Assembly: GCA_051117555.1 (NCBI GenBank)
Contig: JBNPEG010000018.1
Location: 32,636 to 51,983, forward strand
Length of the DNA stretch: 19,348 bases
Origin: Elainellaceae cyanobacterium
GTDB taxonomy: Bacteria > Cyanobacteriota > Cyanobacteriia > CAZCXK01
Direction of reading: 5' to 3'
Position numbers and translations under genes: made by a program. This document shows, one piece after another, positions 1-9,216 of this stretch. The stretch's first letter is position 1. Each line of letters begins with the position of its first letter. The notes beneath the pieces are model-generated. The model worked only from the letters and a program-made list of their open reading frames with translations, searched no databases and had not been told where the DNA came from.

Positions 1-389
1 TAGTAAATAATTAAGGCACTGATGGCAAGCTGAACGATGATGCCAAAACTCAACTGCCCCGTTAAAACTGCGACCAGATTGCTTGCGGCTCCCAAGCTTT
101 GGAAGACAATTGTGAGCACCCAGGCCCACAGTTTAAGCATCAAAAGCCCCCACGCAATTAAAATGCCAAGCAGCCCAAATACGATCGATAAGATACCCAC
201 GACTACCGCAATCGTTGAGATGAAACTCGTTGGGATATCTTGAAACGCATCTTGGAATTCTGGGGTTTGAGCCAACCATTGAATGACGCGATCGCCAAAT
301 ATCAGAATAATTGCGCCCAAAGCGATTCCAAATATGCTGCTAACAATCTGCAAAACCGCAATAATGATCACACCAACGGGACGATTCAT
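1..389 (-). CDS. Multi-pass membrane protein of unknown function, 3' end outside the window (not in the ORF track)
   Basis: Manual translation from the ATG at 389 is open to the window edge: MNRPVGVIIIAVLQIVSSIFGIALGAIILIFGDRVIQWLAQTPEFQDAFQDIPTSFISTIAVVVGILSIVFGLLGILIAWGLLMLKLWAWVLTIVFQSLGAASNLVAVLTGQLSFGIIVQLAISALIIY. About four hydrophobic segments. Starts 38 nt after the tamB stop on the same strand. Confidence 0.85.
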   Translation of the reverse strand, partial: MNRPVGVIIIAVLQIVSSIFGIALGAIILIFGDRVIQWLAQTPEFQDAFQDIPTSFISTIAVVVGILSIVFGLLGILIAWGLLMLKLWAWVLTIVFQSLGAASNLVAVLTGQLSFGIIVQLAISALIIY

Positions 390-427
390 AGGAGCTTAGA
401 TACTAGATATAACAAGAACAATATTCT

Positions 428-3400
428 TCAAAATTCAATCTCATACTGCAAAAGGACACGGCTTTCTTCGGAAAAATTGGTTGAGCCTCGCAATTCGAGT
501 TCGTTCGTTAGTTCATAGCGCAATCCAAATTGGGGAAGAGTCCCACTGCCCAATATTTCTAAAACATTGAAATAAAGATTGCGGGTGATGTTGAATCCGA
601 GTTCGACCCCAATCGCGATTGGAACTCGCGACTCATCCGAAACATTAGTCGTCGGGAAAATACTAAATTCGCTCAGTCCCAGCGCATCTGCGATATTGCC
701 GCTAAATGTGGCAAAGAAACCCGATCCAAAATAGGTGGCAAGTGCTAACGGTGCTCCCCCGCTTTCTAAATTACCAATGATTCCTCCCCCAATGAGAGCA
801 ATGATTTGGTTATCTGACCGAGGCGGATCGCTGGTGAGTTCTAAATTCTCGCTGAGCTGACTCGCGGGGCCTTCGACTTGCGCAATCACCGTAACAGTCT
901 GCACTCCCCCAAATGCCTCAACGGCGCTCGGATCGGCAATTTCAGATGACACAAAGGGAGAGGTTGGGGGGACGGGCAGCCGATCTACCTCGGATACCCG
1001 TGCCGTCAGTCGAATATCGAGAACTGGGTCAAGCCCTCTACTTGGTGTGAATGTTGCCGTGTTGGGTGCGCTGCGATCGAGAGTAAACTGCGTCGAAAAG
1101 AGATTAACCCATCCGGAAGCTAAGCTAATGGTGCCATCCGGTTGAATGTTATTGAGCGTGCCGTTGACCGCGAGCCCTCCCTGAGAGCGAATGTTGAAGA
1201 AGGGCGAATTAGCAATGACCAGGCTATCCTCTAGTTGCAGTATCAAATTGTTGAACTGAATGCGATCGCCCACGGGGCCAAAATCTGGATCTTGCAGCGC
1301 CTCGGCATTTTCTTCGGCTCGCGCAATAAACCTAGGTTCTTCACCGGATGGAGTCACTGTTAAGTCTGTGGATTCTAAATCTGTGGGTTCTGATGGCGGT
1401 GATCCTGGCTCCGCTGTCGTTTCAGCCGTCGAACCATCCCCACCCGTCACGAGTGCGATCGGATTCACTCGCCCTTCCCGAATCCTGATTTTGCCGCCGA
1501 TTGCAGGATTTAGAGCTGCATTGGTGATTACGACCTGACCTCCCACTACAGCGCTAAATCCTCGCTCCAGATCAAATGGAACATTTTCAAAATTGACCCG
1601 CAGAGGGTTATCCGGAGTTGTCTCTGCACTGGCAGCAAAAATTGGAATCGTCCCTCGGGCAGACACCTGACCACTTCCCAACGATGCTTCGAAAGTTTGA
1701 ACTCGAATTTGGTCTAAATCAAACGCGATTCTACTAGTTGTGTTGGTCAGCGGTTCAGAAAGTGCTTGGGTGGCAATCACAGCATTTCGAATAATCGCGG
1801 TTCCCAGAATTTGAGGCTGATCTAGCGTCCCTCGCACGGTCAAATCTACGTCTCCCGATCCGCCTTCCCAGCGAAGTTGCCCCTGACTGATGATATCGAT
1901 GAGTGCTAACCCTTCGTCGCTAACATTAGCGGCAACGCGGATTTCCTCGCTGTCGGGTTGCACTGCCATAAACGGAAACGCATACGGAATGTTGCCGCTC
2001 AGCGTTAACGAATTGGGTTCTTCAACCGCCACAGCTCCATCAAACTCTAGACGAGCATCGGCATACTCAAACATCACTTGAGCAGAGTCGATAGGCTCTT
2101 GACTGAGAGTGGCATTGGCGAGAGAAATCTCTCCCTCAACCGCGGGATTATCTAACGTTCCAGAGAGATCGGCAACGGCATTGATGTCACCTTCCACATC
2201 GATCGGTAGCGCGACAAACCCCTCGATGAAGGATATCGGAATGTTTTCAACGATTAACTCACCCGATTGGGTGCCCGTGCCGACTTGGCCTGAAAACGCG
2301 AGCAGGCTATCCACGGATTCAAATCGGAAGGGCTCCAAGGTGACGGTGCCGTCTTCATAATCGCCAGATACCACAAATTGGTTGGGCTGATCATAGGGGC
2401 CCCAGGCCCAATTTTGCCCTTCAAGGTCAAAATCAGCGGCTACCCCCGCTTCTGCCGAGCCAGCAATACTAACCGTTCCTGAAAACTCGCCTTCCAATGT
2501 TTCTAACGGCGGAATGACAGCGGTTTGCTGCTGCTGTTGTCGCTCTTGGAGCTGAGCCAAAATCTGAGTGAGATAGTCAATTTGATCAGGCTCTTGTGCG
2601 TCGTATAACGGAGCTTGAGGCTTCCCTACATCTAGAGTGGCTAAATCATCCGCATCGCCGTAGATTGGGGGAGTTAGGGCGCGTGCGAAATCGTCCAGTT
2701 CAAAGATTTGTAGGACCGTCAGAATGTCTTCGATGCGACCTGGCGTTGCGACCAATTCTCCTTGGAATTGAAGCTCAGGATCAAGCAGTGCACGTGCGTT
2801 GAGTAGGTACTGGCTTTCTCCAAATTGCAAGTCTCCGTCCGTCAGGATGGCGGTGGCATCGGCATATTGAATACGACCGGTGAAACTATCGGCAATGATA
2901 TAGCCTATACCGGGACGGGCGATCGCCACGGCACCGATCACCGTTGGATCAGACAAATTAGCAATATCGACATTCACATTGGCATTGAGGATGCCGCTGA
3001 CTTCTCCTAAGCCCTGATCGGCAGCAGGACGAAGATTTAGCAACCCCAGTGGAAAATTCTGGATGCTGGCTTGTAGAATATCGCCTTGAGTTTCCCCTCG
3101 TGCCAAAATATCGCCATTGCGAATCAAAAACGTGCTCGGTAAATATTGGTCATTGAGCGACAGAGCAATCTGCTCAGTTTCATCGCCGGATAGGTCGAGG
3201 GTGCCCCCTTCTTGCAGCGCAAATTGTAGGTTGCCCTGTAAGGGAGAGTCATACGCAAATTCATTCACGCCGAAGTTGCTGAGCTGAAGCTGACCGGCAA
3301 CCTGCGGATTGGCGAGAGTTCCGGTGAGCTGACCGGCAAAATCAGCTTGTCCAGCGATCGCCACCTGCTCTTGTGCTGCATCGGGAATAAAGGCTTCTAG

Positions 3401-5410
3401 TCTCGTCAAATCATAGTTTTGCAGTGCAACATTCAAATCGAAGTTAGAGATGCTGGGTGCGCCATCCAGCGCCACGGCAATAAATCCGTCGGCATCTATC
3501 CCCGGTGCTGTAAAGTCTTGCACCTGAATGCCGTCCCCGGTCCAGCGAAATTGAGTGTTCCAGGTTCCTTGATCAATGAGAGGCGGCGTATCGGGCAGTT
3601 GGAGCAGAGCATTGGCAATCTGAGCTTGCCCTTGAGCCTGGATCGCGCGCAAATCGAGATTATTAAAATTGCCCGCAAACTCAATATCGGTACTAAGGGT
3701 GCCGTCTAGGGTGGAGACAAATCGATTAACGGCCACCCCTGACCCATTGATGGTTGCTTGCCAGTTGCCGCTGTCGAGCTGGGCGATCGCCTCTGCCGCG
3801 ACGGTGCCCCCTTCTGCTTGAAGGCGCGTGTTCTGAAGGCGCACCGTGGATCCTGCGTAGCGAATTTCGCCCTGCCCTGGATAAGTCGCAGTGGGGAGTC
3901 GCCAGTTGGCGATCGCCTGAATATTGTCAAACTGACCAAATAGGTCAATCTCGGCATCAATCTGCCCAATTTGAAACTCAGCAGGCAAATTGGCGCCGTA
4001 ATCTCGGGCGATCGCATCTCCTTGAAGATTATTCGCTTGGATATCAAATGCCAAACCGCCATTCGCCTCTAAGGATGCCTCTCCCTGGCCTGTAATTTCG
4101 CCGCCCGTTGTCGGGGTGATGCGAATCTCTGGAACCTGTAATTGAGGAGCTGTAAACGTAAATCGAGCAAAAACGTCGTCAAAGCTGACCTGATCAACTT
4201 GAAGCGGTTCAACAGTTTGCGTCGTGCCTAAGACTTGAGGCTGGCTCAATGGCCCCATCACCCGGACATCCGCCCGAAATGCGCCAGATGTGGTCAGGTC
4301 GGCCTGAATGTTGAGGGTGTCTCGCAGCGCCTCGACTGACACCTCAGGCACCTCTGCGGTGAGATTATACCCGGTTGCTAGATTGAGGCTGCCGCCCGCC
4401 TCGATTGGAATTTGCCCGTAATTGAGCTGAGTTTCTTCCAGGGCAATCTCTTGACCCTGAAACCGCAGGCGGCTGTTGAGATTGGTAACGGGCTGAGGAG
4501 CAGCTTCCAGGGTGGTCGATACATTTTGAACCTGAGCGGTGCCATTGAAGGCGATCGCCTGAGCGATTGAGTCGAGGCGATCAAATTTGAGCTGAATGCC
4601 TAAATTGCTGCTCAGCGTCCCTGATTCTACGGTCAACGGCAATGGCACCAGCGATGTTAGCGCGGCGAGATCTACATTGTTGCTCCGAATGACCGCATTA
4701 AGCTGATCGGTGTCTAGGTTGACCTCGCCGTCACTGGCTAAGGTGCCGCCACTAGCAGGTTCCCCAGTCACGTCAAAGGCAATGAGTTGATTATCGTTGC
4801 GAATGCGGGCGATCGCCTCAACATTTTGCAAGATAACCGGATCAACCGCATTTTCCCCAGTTTGCGGATAGGGGGCTAGGTTGAGTTGAGCATCGCGTGC
4901 CTGCACCTGCTCTACGACCACTCGAACGGGGGGTTCTTCCCCAGACGGAGGTTTCAATTGGAGTCTCAACCAACGCCCTTGTTCGTCTTCAACCGCATTG
5001 ATCTCAGGGTCAATCAGAACGATATTTAAGGGAAGTTCTCGATCCTGAATCAGATCTGAGATCACCTCAATGGGGTTGAAATTTACCCGCACCGTTTCTA
5101 CGGTAGCCGAATCAATCTCTGTTTCTGTAGCAGGAATCGAGGCTCCGTCGAGAGTGATTCCCCAGAGCGAAAAGCGCTCCACCTCTCCAATCTCAACCGG
5201 GCGATTAATCAAATCGCTGAGGCTGTCTTCCACTAACGGAACCAGGCGATTAAAAATAAAGTATCGAGCGGCTAAGGTGCCCGCAACGCCGATGACGATG
5301 ACGATGCCGCCTAAAACAATACTGGCGCGTAATAGCCGAAACGTGAGCGATCGCGTTGATCTAGGGTCTGGATCTTGCGGATTAGGGGCTGGGCTGTGAG
5401 AATTCGTCAT
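428..5410 (-). CDS. tamB: Translocation/assembly module TamB (DUF490, AsmA-like) protein
   Basis: About 1660 aa. Single N-terminal TM anchor (ASIVLGGIVIVIGVAGTLAA), long glycine-rich beta-strand repeats, and a C-terminal DUF490-like region (LTSDPPRSDNQIIALIGG ... LLQYEIEF). The ATG at 5410 is preferred to the track start at 5425. Confidence 0.9.
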   Translation of the reverse strand: MTNSHSPAPNPQDPDPRSTRSLTFRLLRASIVLGGIVIVIGVAGTLAARYFIFNRLVPLVEDSLSDLINRPVEIGEVERFSLWGITLDGASIPATETEIDSATVETVRVNFNPIEVISDLIQDRELPLNIVLIDPEINAVEDEQGRWLRLQLKPPSGEEPPVRVVVEQVQARDAQLNLAPYPQTGENAVDPVILQNVEAIARIRNDNQLIAFDVTGEPASGGTLASDGEVNLDTDQLNAVIRSNNVDLAALTSLVPLPLTVESGTLSSNLGIQLKFDRLDSIAQAIAFNGTAQVQNVSTTLEAAPQPVTNLNSRLRFQGQEIALEETQLNYGQIPIEAGGSLNLATGYNLTAEVPEVSVEALRDTLNIQADLTTSGAFRADVRVMGPLSQPQVLGTTQTVEPLQVDQVSFDDVFARFTFTAPQLQVPEIRITPTTGGEITGQGEASLEANGGLAFDIQANNLQGDAIARDYGANLPAEFQIGQIDAEIDLFGQFDNIQAIANWRLPTATYPGQGEIRYAGSTVRLQNTRLQAEGGTVAAEAIAQLDSGNWQATINGSGVAVNRFVSTLDGTLSTDIEFAGNFNNLDLRAIQAQGQAQIANALLQLPDTPPLIDQGTWNTQFRWTGDGIQVQDFTAPGIDADGFIAVALDGAPSISNFDLNVALQNYDLTRLEAFIPDAAQEQVAIAGQADFAGQLTGTLANPQVAGQLQLSNFGVNEFAYDSPLQGNLQFALQEGGTLDLSGDETEQIALSLNDQYLPSTFLIRNGDILARGETQGDILQASIQNFPLGLLNLRPAADQGLGEVSGILNANVNVDIANLSDPTVIGAVAIARPGIGYIIADSFTGRIQYADATAILTDGDLQFGESQYLLNARALLDPELQFQGELVATPGRIEDILTVLQIFELDDFARALTPPIYGDADDLATLDVGKPQAPLYDAQEPDQIDYLTQILAQLQERQQQQQTAVIPPLETLEGEFSGTVSIAGSAEAGVAADFDLEGQNWAWGPYDQPNQFVVSGDYEDGTVTLEPFRFESVDSLLAFSGQVGTGTQSGELIVENIPISFIEGFVALPIDVEGDINAVADLSGTLDNPAVEGEISLANATLSQEPIDSAQVMFEYADARLEFDGAVAVEEPNSLTLSGNIPYAFPFMAVQPDSEEIRVAANVSDEGLALIDIISQGQLRWEGGSGDVDLTVRGTLDQPQILGTAIIRNAVIATQALSEPLTNTTSRIAFDLDQIRVQTFEASLGSGQVSARGTIPIFAASAETTPDNPLRVNFENVPFDLERGFSAVVGGQVVITNAALNPAIGGKIRIREGRVNPIALVTGGDGSTAETTAEPGSPPSEPTDLESTDLTVTPSGEEPRFIARAEENAEALQDPDFGPVGDRIQFNNLILQLEDSLVIANSPFFNIRSQGGLAVNGTLNNIQPDGTISLASGWVNLFSTQFTLDRSAPNTATFTPSRGLDPVLDIRLTARVSEVDRLPVPPTSPFVSSEIADPSAVEAFGGVQTVTVIAQVEGPASQLSENLELTSDPPRSDNQIIALIGGGIIGNLESGGAPLALATYFGSGFFATFSGNIADALGLSEFSIFPTTNVSDESRVPIAIGVELGFNITRNLYFNVLEILGSGTLPQFGLRYELTNELELRGSTNFSEESRVLLQYEIEF

Positions 5411-5680
5411 AACCTTACATTTCAAGACGCAAAGGATGGCAGAGTGGCAGATTCCCCTCTATGTGTTCGAGATCACATCCAGCGCGAAGTCTGGGGCTTT
5501 TTCGAAGCGGATGCGGGCGAAATTTAGACCATGGGCAGAGTTTCGAAACTGATCCTTATGTAATGATTCTATGTAAATTTAATACTAATGGAACAAAATT
5601 TAGTATCAGATTCAGGTTTTAGGAATTTATACAGAATTAGTTTAGTTCTAATTCGATGAATGGCAACAAATCTGATAGCT

Positions 5681-5761
5681 GACTTAACAGGTCAATTAAA
5701 TAACTTAATGGTTTAATTGAAGACTCAACGGTTCAATTAAGTGCCTTAACAGGTCAATTAA
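5681..5761. repeat. Degenerate tandem array of four units with 20-21 bp period
   Basis: Cores gacttaacaggtcaattaa (5681), aacttaatggtttaattga (5702), gactcaacggttcaattaa (5722), gccttaacaggtcaattaa (5743). Confidence 0.85.
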
Positions 5762-5807
5762 TGCGATTGTAGACAGTTGCTGATCTGTCTACAATCGCAT
5801 TAATTGA
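5754..5807. repeat. Perfect 23-bp inverted repeat with 8-nt loop
   Basis: tcaattaatgcgattgtagacag (5754-5776), loop ttgctgat, then ctgtctacaatcgcattaattga (5785-5807). Confidence 0.95.
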
Positions 5808-5965
5808 TGGTTTGGTTTAACGTATGCTGAAATCAAATCTCTTGTGGGGCGAAGCTAATTTAGTCAATTGCAATGGTGCCTTGTTCGTTGTTCCAATTCA
5901 AAAATCTGAACAGGCTCATCTACCTTATTCTCAAGAACTAACGAAAATTAAATATTGCACAGATA

Positions 5966-6057
5966 TATAGCAATTCCAGATGGGTTGTGAGTGGTGAGGC
6001 GGGCGGCGCCCGGCCCACCACTCACACACAATTCACAAGCGATTTAGAATCGCTATA
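5966..6057. mobile_element. MITE-like small dispersed element, family A copy 1
   Basis: Ends tatagcaattc and gaatcgctata (10/11 inverted match). Internal hairpin tgtgagtggtg...caccactcaca with a GC-rich tip. The 3' segment 6024-6052 is 27/29 identical to 17290-17318. Flanked by the direct repeat tattgcacagatata. Confidence 0.75.
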
Positions 6058-6215
6058 TTGCACAGATATATTGCGCAGAAAGCAATCATACTGACGACTC
6101 CTTGTGTGCAGAGCGGTGCATCAGACGACAGAGTCGAAATAGATTATCCAGATCAATCCATAGGTATGGATATCTGCCGTGAAAATGCCCCCTTTGCGAT
6201 CAACACGGAATCAAT

Positions 6216-7097
6216 ATGACCTTGGAATTCATGATTATGAAATGCCGATTGGCGCTATTCGTAAGCGTCGGGTTAAGTGTGGGGATAGGGATGAGTGGTT
6301 GCAGCATCCTTGACTCAAACAATATCTTGTTTTCTCAGTCTCCTTCATCTCCTACAACTAGCTCATCTCATGCTGAGTCCTCTAATCAATCTGAATATTT
6401 GTCAGACCTCACCGATTTTCAGAATCAAACGATTGATTTGACCGATCAGGTTGAGTCCGGCAGCGAGTTTGACCAGTTTCGCCGATTGCTTCGTGACGCA
6501 GTTGGCGATCGCAATGCAGACTTTGTTGCTAATCGAATTCCAACCGATGGAATTTCCATTGGGTTTAGTAGACCCATTACCGCCGATGAGCTAGGGCTAT
6601 CAGATCCCGATGCTTTCTTTTGGCAAATTCTGTATAAGTCTGTCAATCAAGGATGCGATCGCACTACGGATGCTGAGTATTCGGATACGGGCGACAATTT
6701 AGACTCGGAACTATGGGTTTGCCCCAACATCACAAAGGCGTTTTATCAGCAATATCCCCCGCCCGATGATGCTCAGGGGATTTCGTCTGACATGAGCCAG
6801 GTCATTGTTGTTGGCGATCGCGTCCCGGTGTATGCCGAACCTGGTTCTGAAAGTCTTGTCGTCGGGCTGCTCTCGGATGAGGTTGTGACGTTTAATCAGT
6901 CGGTTTGGGAGCAAATGCCCGACGAGATGAAGCTGCAACATGCGACGTCTCTAGATGGCTGGACGCCGATTATTCTCCCGAATGGCACTGAGGGGTATGT
7001 TTCCAACCGCAATGCCTATCGTCCACTCGATGCCAGACTTGTATTTGGCAAGGTCAATGGGCAGTGGATGATTGTGAGAGTTCCGTCAGGCGACTAA
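6216..7097 (+). CDS. Putative lipoprotein with C-terminal SH3b-like region
   Basis: 293-aa ORF. Signal peptide ending in lipobox-like GMSGC, Ser-rich linker, and C-terminal VPVYAEPGSESLVVGLL...GWTPIILPNGTEGYVS, which resembles bacterial SH3 domains. The true start may be one of the next in-frame Met codons. Confidence 0.75.
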   Translation: MTLEFMIMKCRLALFVSVGLSVGIGMSGCSILDSNNILFSQSPSSPTTSSSHAESSNQSEYLSDLTDFQNQTIDLTDQVESGSEFDQFRRLLRDAVGDRNADFVANRIPTDGISIGFSRPITADELGLSDPDAFFWQILYKSVNQGCDRTTDAEYSDTGDNLDSELWVCPNITKAFYQQYPPPDDAQGISSDMSQVIVVGDRVPVYAEPGSESLVVGLLSDEVVTFNQSVWEQMPDEMKLQHATSLDGWTPIILPNGTEGYVSNRNAYRPLDARLVFGKVNGQWMIVRVPSGD

Positions 7098-7114
7098 TAT
7101 CTGTCAACCACTCA

Positions 7115-7172
7115 TATAGCCGTATGCTCTCGCGTTAGGACGTTGAATGTGTGGTAAGCCCGTAGGGCTATA
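7115..7172 (-). mobile_element. MITE-like element, family B short copy (no hairpin)
   Basis: The reverse complement tatagccctacgggctta+ccacacattcaacgtcctaacgcgagagcatacggctata matches both ends of 12907-13001 but lacks 37 internal nt. Confidence 0.8.
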
Positions 7173-7250
7173 TCTGGAATGTGAGTTATATCGGTCAGGC
7201 AACTCATCGCAGTTTGCCTGCCAACGTGATTTTTGAATATGGAGGTTACG

Positions 7251-7793
7251 ATGAATTATTCAACAACCCTGTTGACGCTACTGCTCAGTGTAGGGATCGG
7301 TTTGCTGGGGTGTTCGCAAACAACTCAAGAGCCAAGCTCTTCAGAACAACCCATCGAAGCCACCTCGGACACGCCTGCCGATACAACCACCCCTGTCGAT
7401 AGTCCTTCCCCGTCTGAGAGCAGTGCATCGCTCCCAGAACGCGATGCCTATGCGCCCATTGATGTTAGTCAGATTCCATCCGATGCGTTCGAAAGTATGA
7501 CCGATCCCAAGTCAATCGCCATTGCCCTATTCGGAGTCGAAGAGCCCGATGCCGTCGAAGGCAATTTTGAACAAATGGTCAGCCTGAACGAAACCTCATC
7601 GGATCGCGTGATCGTTACGCTGACGCAGCTCAATCAGGCCGATGATTCGGTGCGTGATGTGCGATATCGCCTCGAATTTGAGCCTGTGCCTGAGTCGGAT
7701 GACGCTCAGTGGCAACTGGTTTGGGCGGGTCGTCAGCAACGCTGTTGGCAAGGCAGAGGCCCACAAGAATGGACGACGGAGCTCTGCGCCTAA
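7251..7793 (+). CDS. Putative lipoprotein with conserved-looking C-terminal domain of unknown function
   Basis: GGAGG at 7241-7245 precedes the ATG at 7251. Lipobox GLLGC, S/T/P/E-rich linker, and C-terminal DDSVRDVRYRLEF...WQLVWAGRQQRCWQGRGPQEWTTELC with two Cys. Confidence 0.8.
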   Translation: MNYSTTLLTLLLSVGIGLLGCSQTTQEPSSSEQPIEATSDTPADTTTPVDSPSPSESSASLPERDAYAPIDVSQIPSDAFESMTDPKSIAIALFGVEEPDAVEGNFEQMVSLNETSSDRVIVTLTQLNQADDSVRDVRYRLEFEPVPESDDAQWQLVWAGRQQRCWQGRGPQEWTTELCA

Positions 7794-7818
7794 TTGGAAA
7801 TCTACACGAATAATACGG

Positions 7819-8643
7819 CTATGCAATGCGCTGCTCAGTGACGAGCGTCAAACTAACCCACGTGCCGTTAGCATCATAGCTGCGGATGAGACGCTGACGG
7901 CGATCGCCCTCAAGCATCCATCCTGCTTCTAAACGGAACGGTCTCCCCTTAGGAATTGACAACGGCGCCGTGTATGACGCTCCATCGGGCAGCAGCACGA
8001 CCTGATTCGTGGCTGTATCGGTTTCAAATCGCAGCGTCGATCCGTCGATCGTAGCTGTTGAGCTAAAATCGAATCCCGCTGAGGTCATTCGTTGCTGGAG
8101 GCGATCGCCCTGCTGGCTCAATGTCAGCGTCGTGGGTGCATCGATAGGGGTTCGTAAATCTGCGTATAAAGTTTTGGCCTCACCGCACCATTCACCCAGC
8201 AATTGATCCAGAGTCAGCGGGGGACGTTCAGAGGCATCCGTCTCCTGACGATGCTCTCGGATTAGTGTCACTCGTGAGAGATGACCGTCTGTTCCATAAA
8301 GAATGACTAATCGCATCCGGCGATCGCCCTGAATAAATCCCATCTCCGCGCCGAATTCTGAGAAGGGGCCATACTGAATCGATCCTTGAGAAAATGAACC
8401 GTTCTCGAAAAATAACGTGCTGCGATTGAGAGTGCTGTACTCTAGCACCTTCGCCTGCATTTCTTCTCCCGGGGTGGCAGAAAACCTTTGGATTGTTTGC
8501 CGAATCGTCCGATTCTCATCGAGCCCCTCTAGCATTACGCGTGTCAGAGTTTCTTCAACCATGTCGCCACGGGGGGAAAGCCGAGTGAAAGAGCCGTCCC
8601 AAACTCCAAGATGAAGCAGTAGATTATTCCACTGAGTAGACAT
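7819..8643 (-). CDS. DUF3598-family protein (tandem lipocalin/FABP-like beta-barrels)
   Basis: N-terminus SxQWNNLLLHLGVWDGSF with a second LLGEWCG motif, and duplicated RRxRLxxxYxxxG...L.L..E.R segments. The ATG at 8643 is preferred to 8712. Confidence 0.8.
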   Translation of the reverse strand: MSTQWNNLLLHLGVWDGSFTRLSPRGDMVEETLTRVMLEGLDENRTIRQTIQRFSATPGEEMQAKVLEYSTLNRSTLFFENGSFSQGSIQYGPFSEFGAEMGFIQGDRRMRLVILYGTDGHLSRVTLIREHRQETDASERPPLTLDQLLGEWCGEAKTLYADLRTPIDAPTTLTLSQQGDRLQQRMTSAGFDFSSTATIDGSTLRFETDTATNQVVLLPDGASYTAPLSIPKGRPFRLEAGWMLEGDRRQRLIRSYDANGTWVSLTLVTEQRIA

Positions 8644-9216
8644 CGGCATGCTGAGTGCGAATGGATGACCAATTAAACACCTGCTCGGTAGCGGCACAGG
8701 CGCACGAATCATAATCGCGAATCACGATACAGATAACCGTACACCGTCACTTACACGTTTGAAACGCAGAATTATTTAGCATCCCCAAGCACAACCCCCT
8801 CTGGGTAAATCTTTGATTCAGCAACACCCTAACCTATCGGAATCCAAAATGGTCTAAGCTCCGTGAGCATAACCAGTCGTTCGGTATCGATACAAGGCTG
8901 AAGCTCCACAGCTTTTAATTCAGTCTTTTAATTTTCTCAGAATTGGAAAATATCTCAGTCCGAAACTGAGATCCTATAAATCGTCCGATCATTGATGTCG
9001 CTGGGATCACTGCTCCATGAGGGTCGGCTAAAAAATGAGAAAGGATATAAATTTTTGCAACAAATTTCCTGATGTGTAATCCTTCCAACTACCGCAGGGA
9101 AGACTTAAGCACGGATATGAGATACCCCCTTAGAGGCAACACACACTCATAACTAATCTGTAAAATCAAATACTATTGCCAAAAAATAACGTAAATTACT
9201 TCAAATCTTTACAATT

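Noticed and set aside
37..518. Plus-strand ORFs 37-243 and 240-518
   Set aside because: They are antisense shadows of the membrane-protein gene and the tamB 3' end.
1260..5399. Many short ORFs inside tamB, and similar ones inside other long genes
   Set aside because: They are antisense or off-frame overlaps of well-supported genes, with no recognisable motifs.
5681..5807. CRISPR array
   Set aside because: The units are adjacent with no unique spacers, are degenerate, and there are no cas genes in the window.
6015..6035. Yfr1 sRNA suggested by ccactcacacac
   Set aside because: It lacks the exact ACTCCTCACAC motif and is better explained as the hairpin arm of element A1.
8952..8972. Hairpin atctcagt-ccgaa-actgagat in the DUF3598/rlpA intergenic region
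   Set aside because: An 8-bp stem without a U-tract or second copy is too weak to assign a function.
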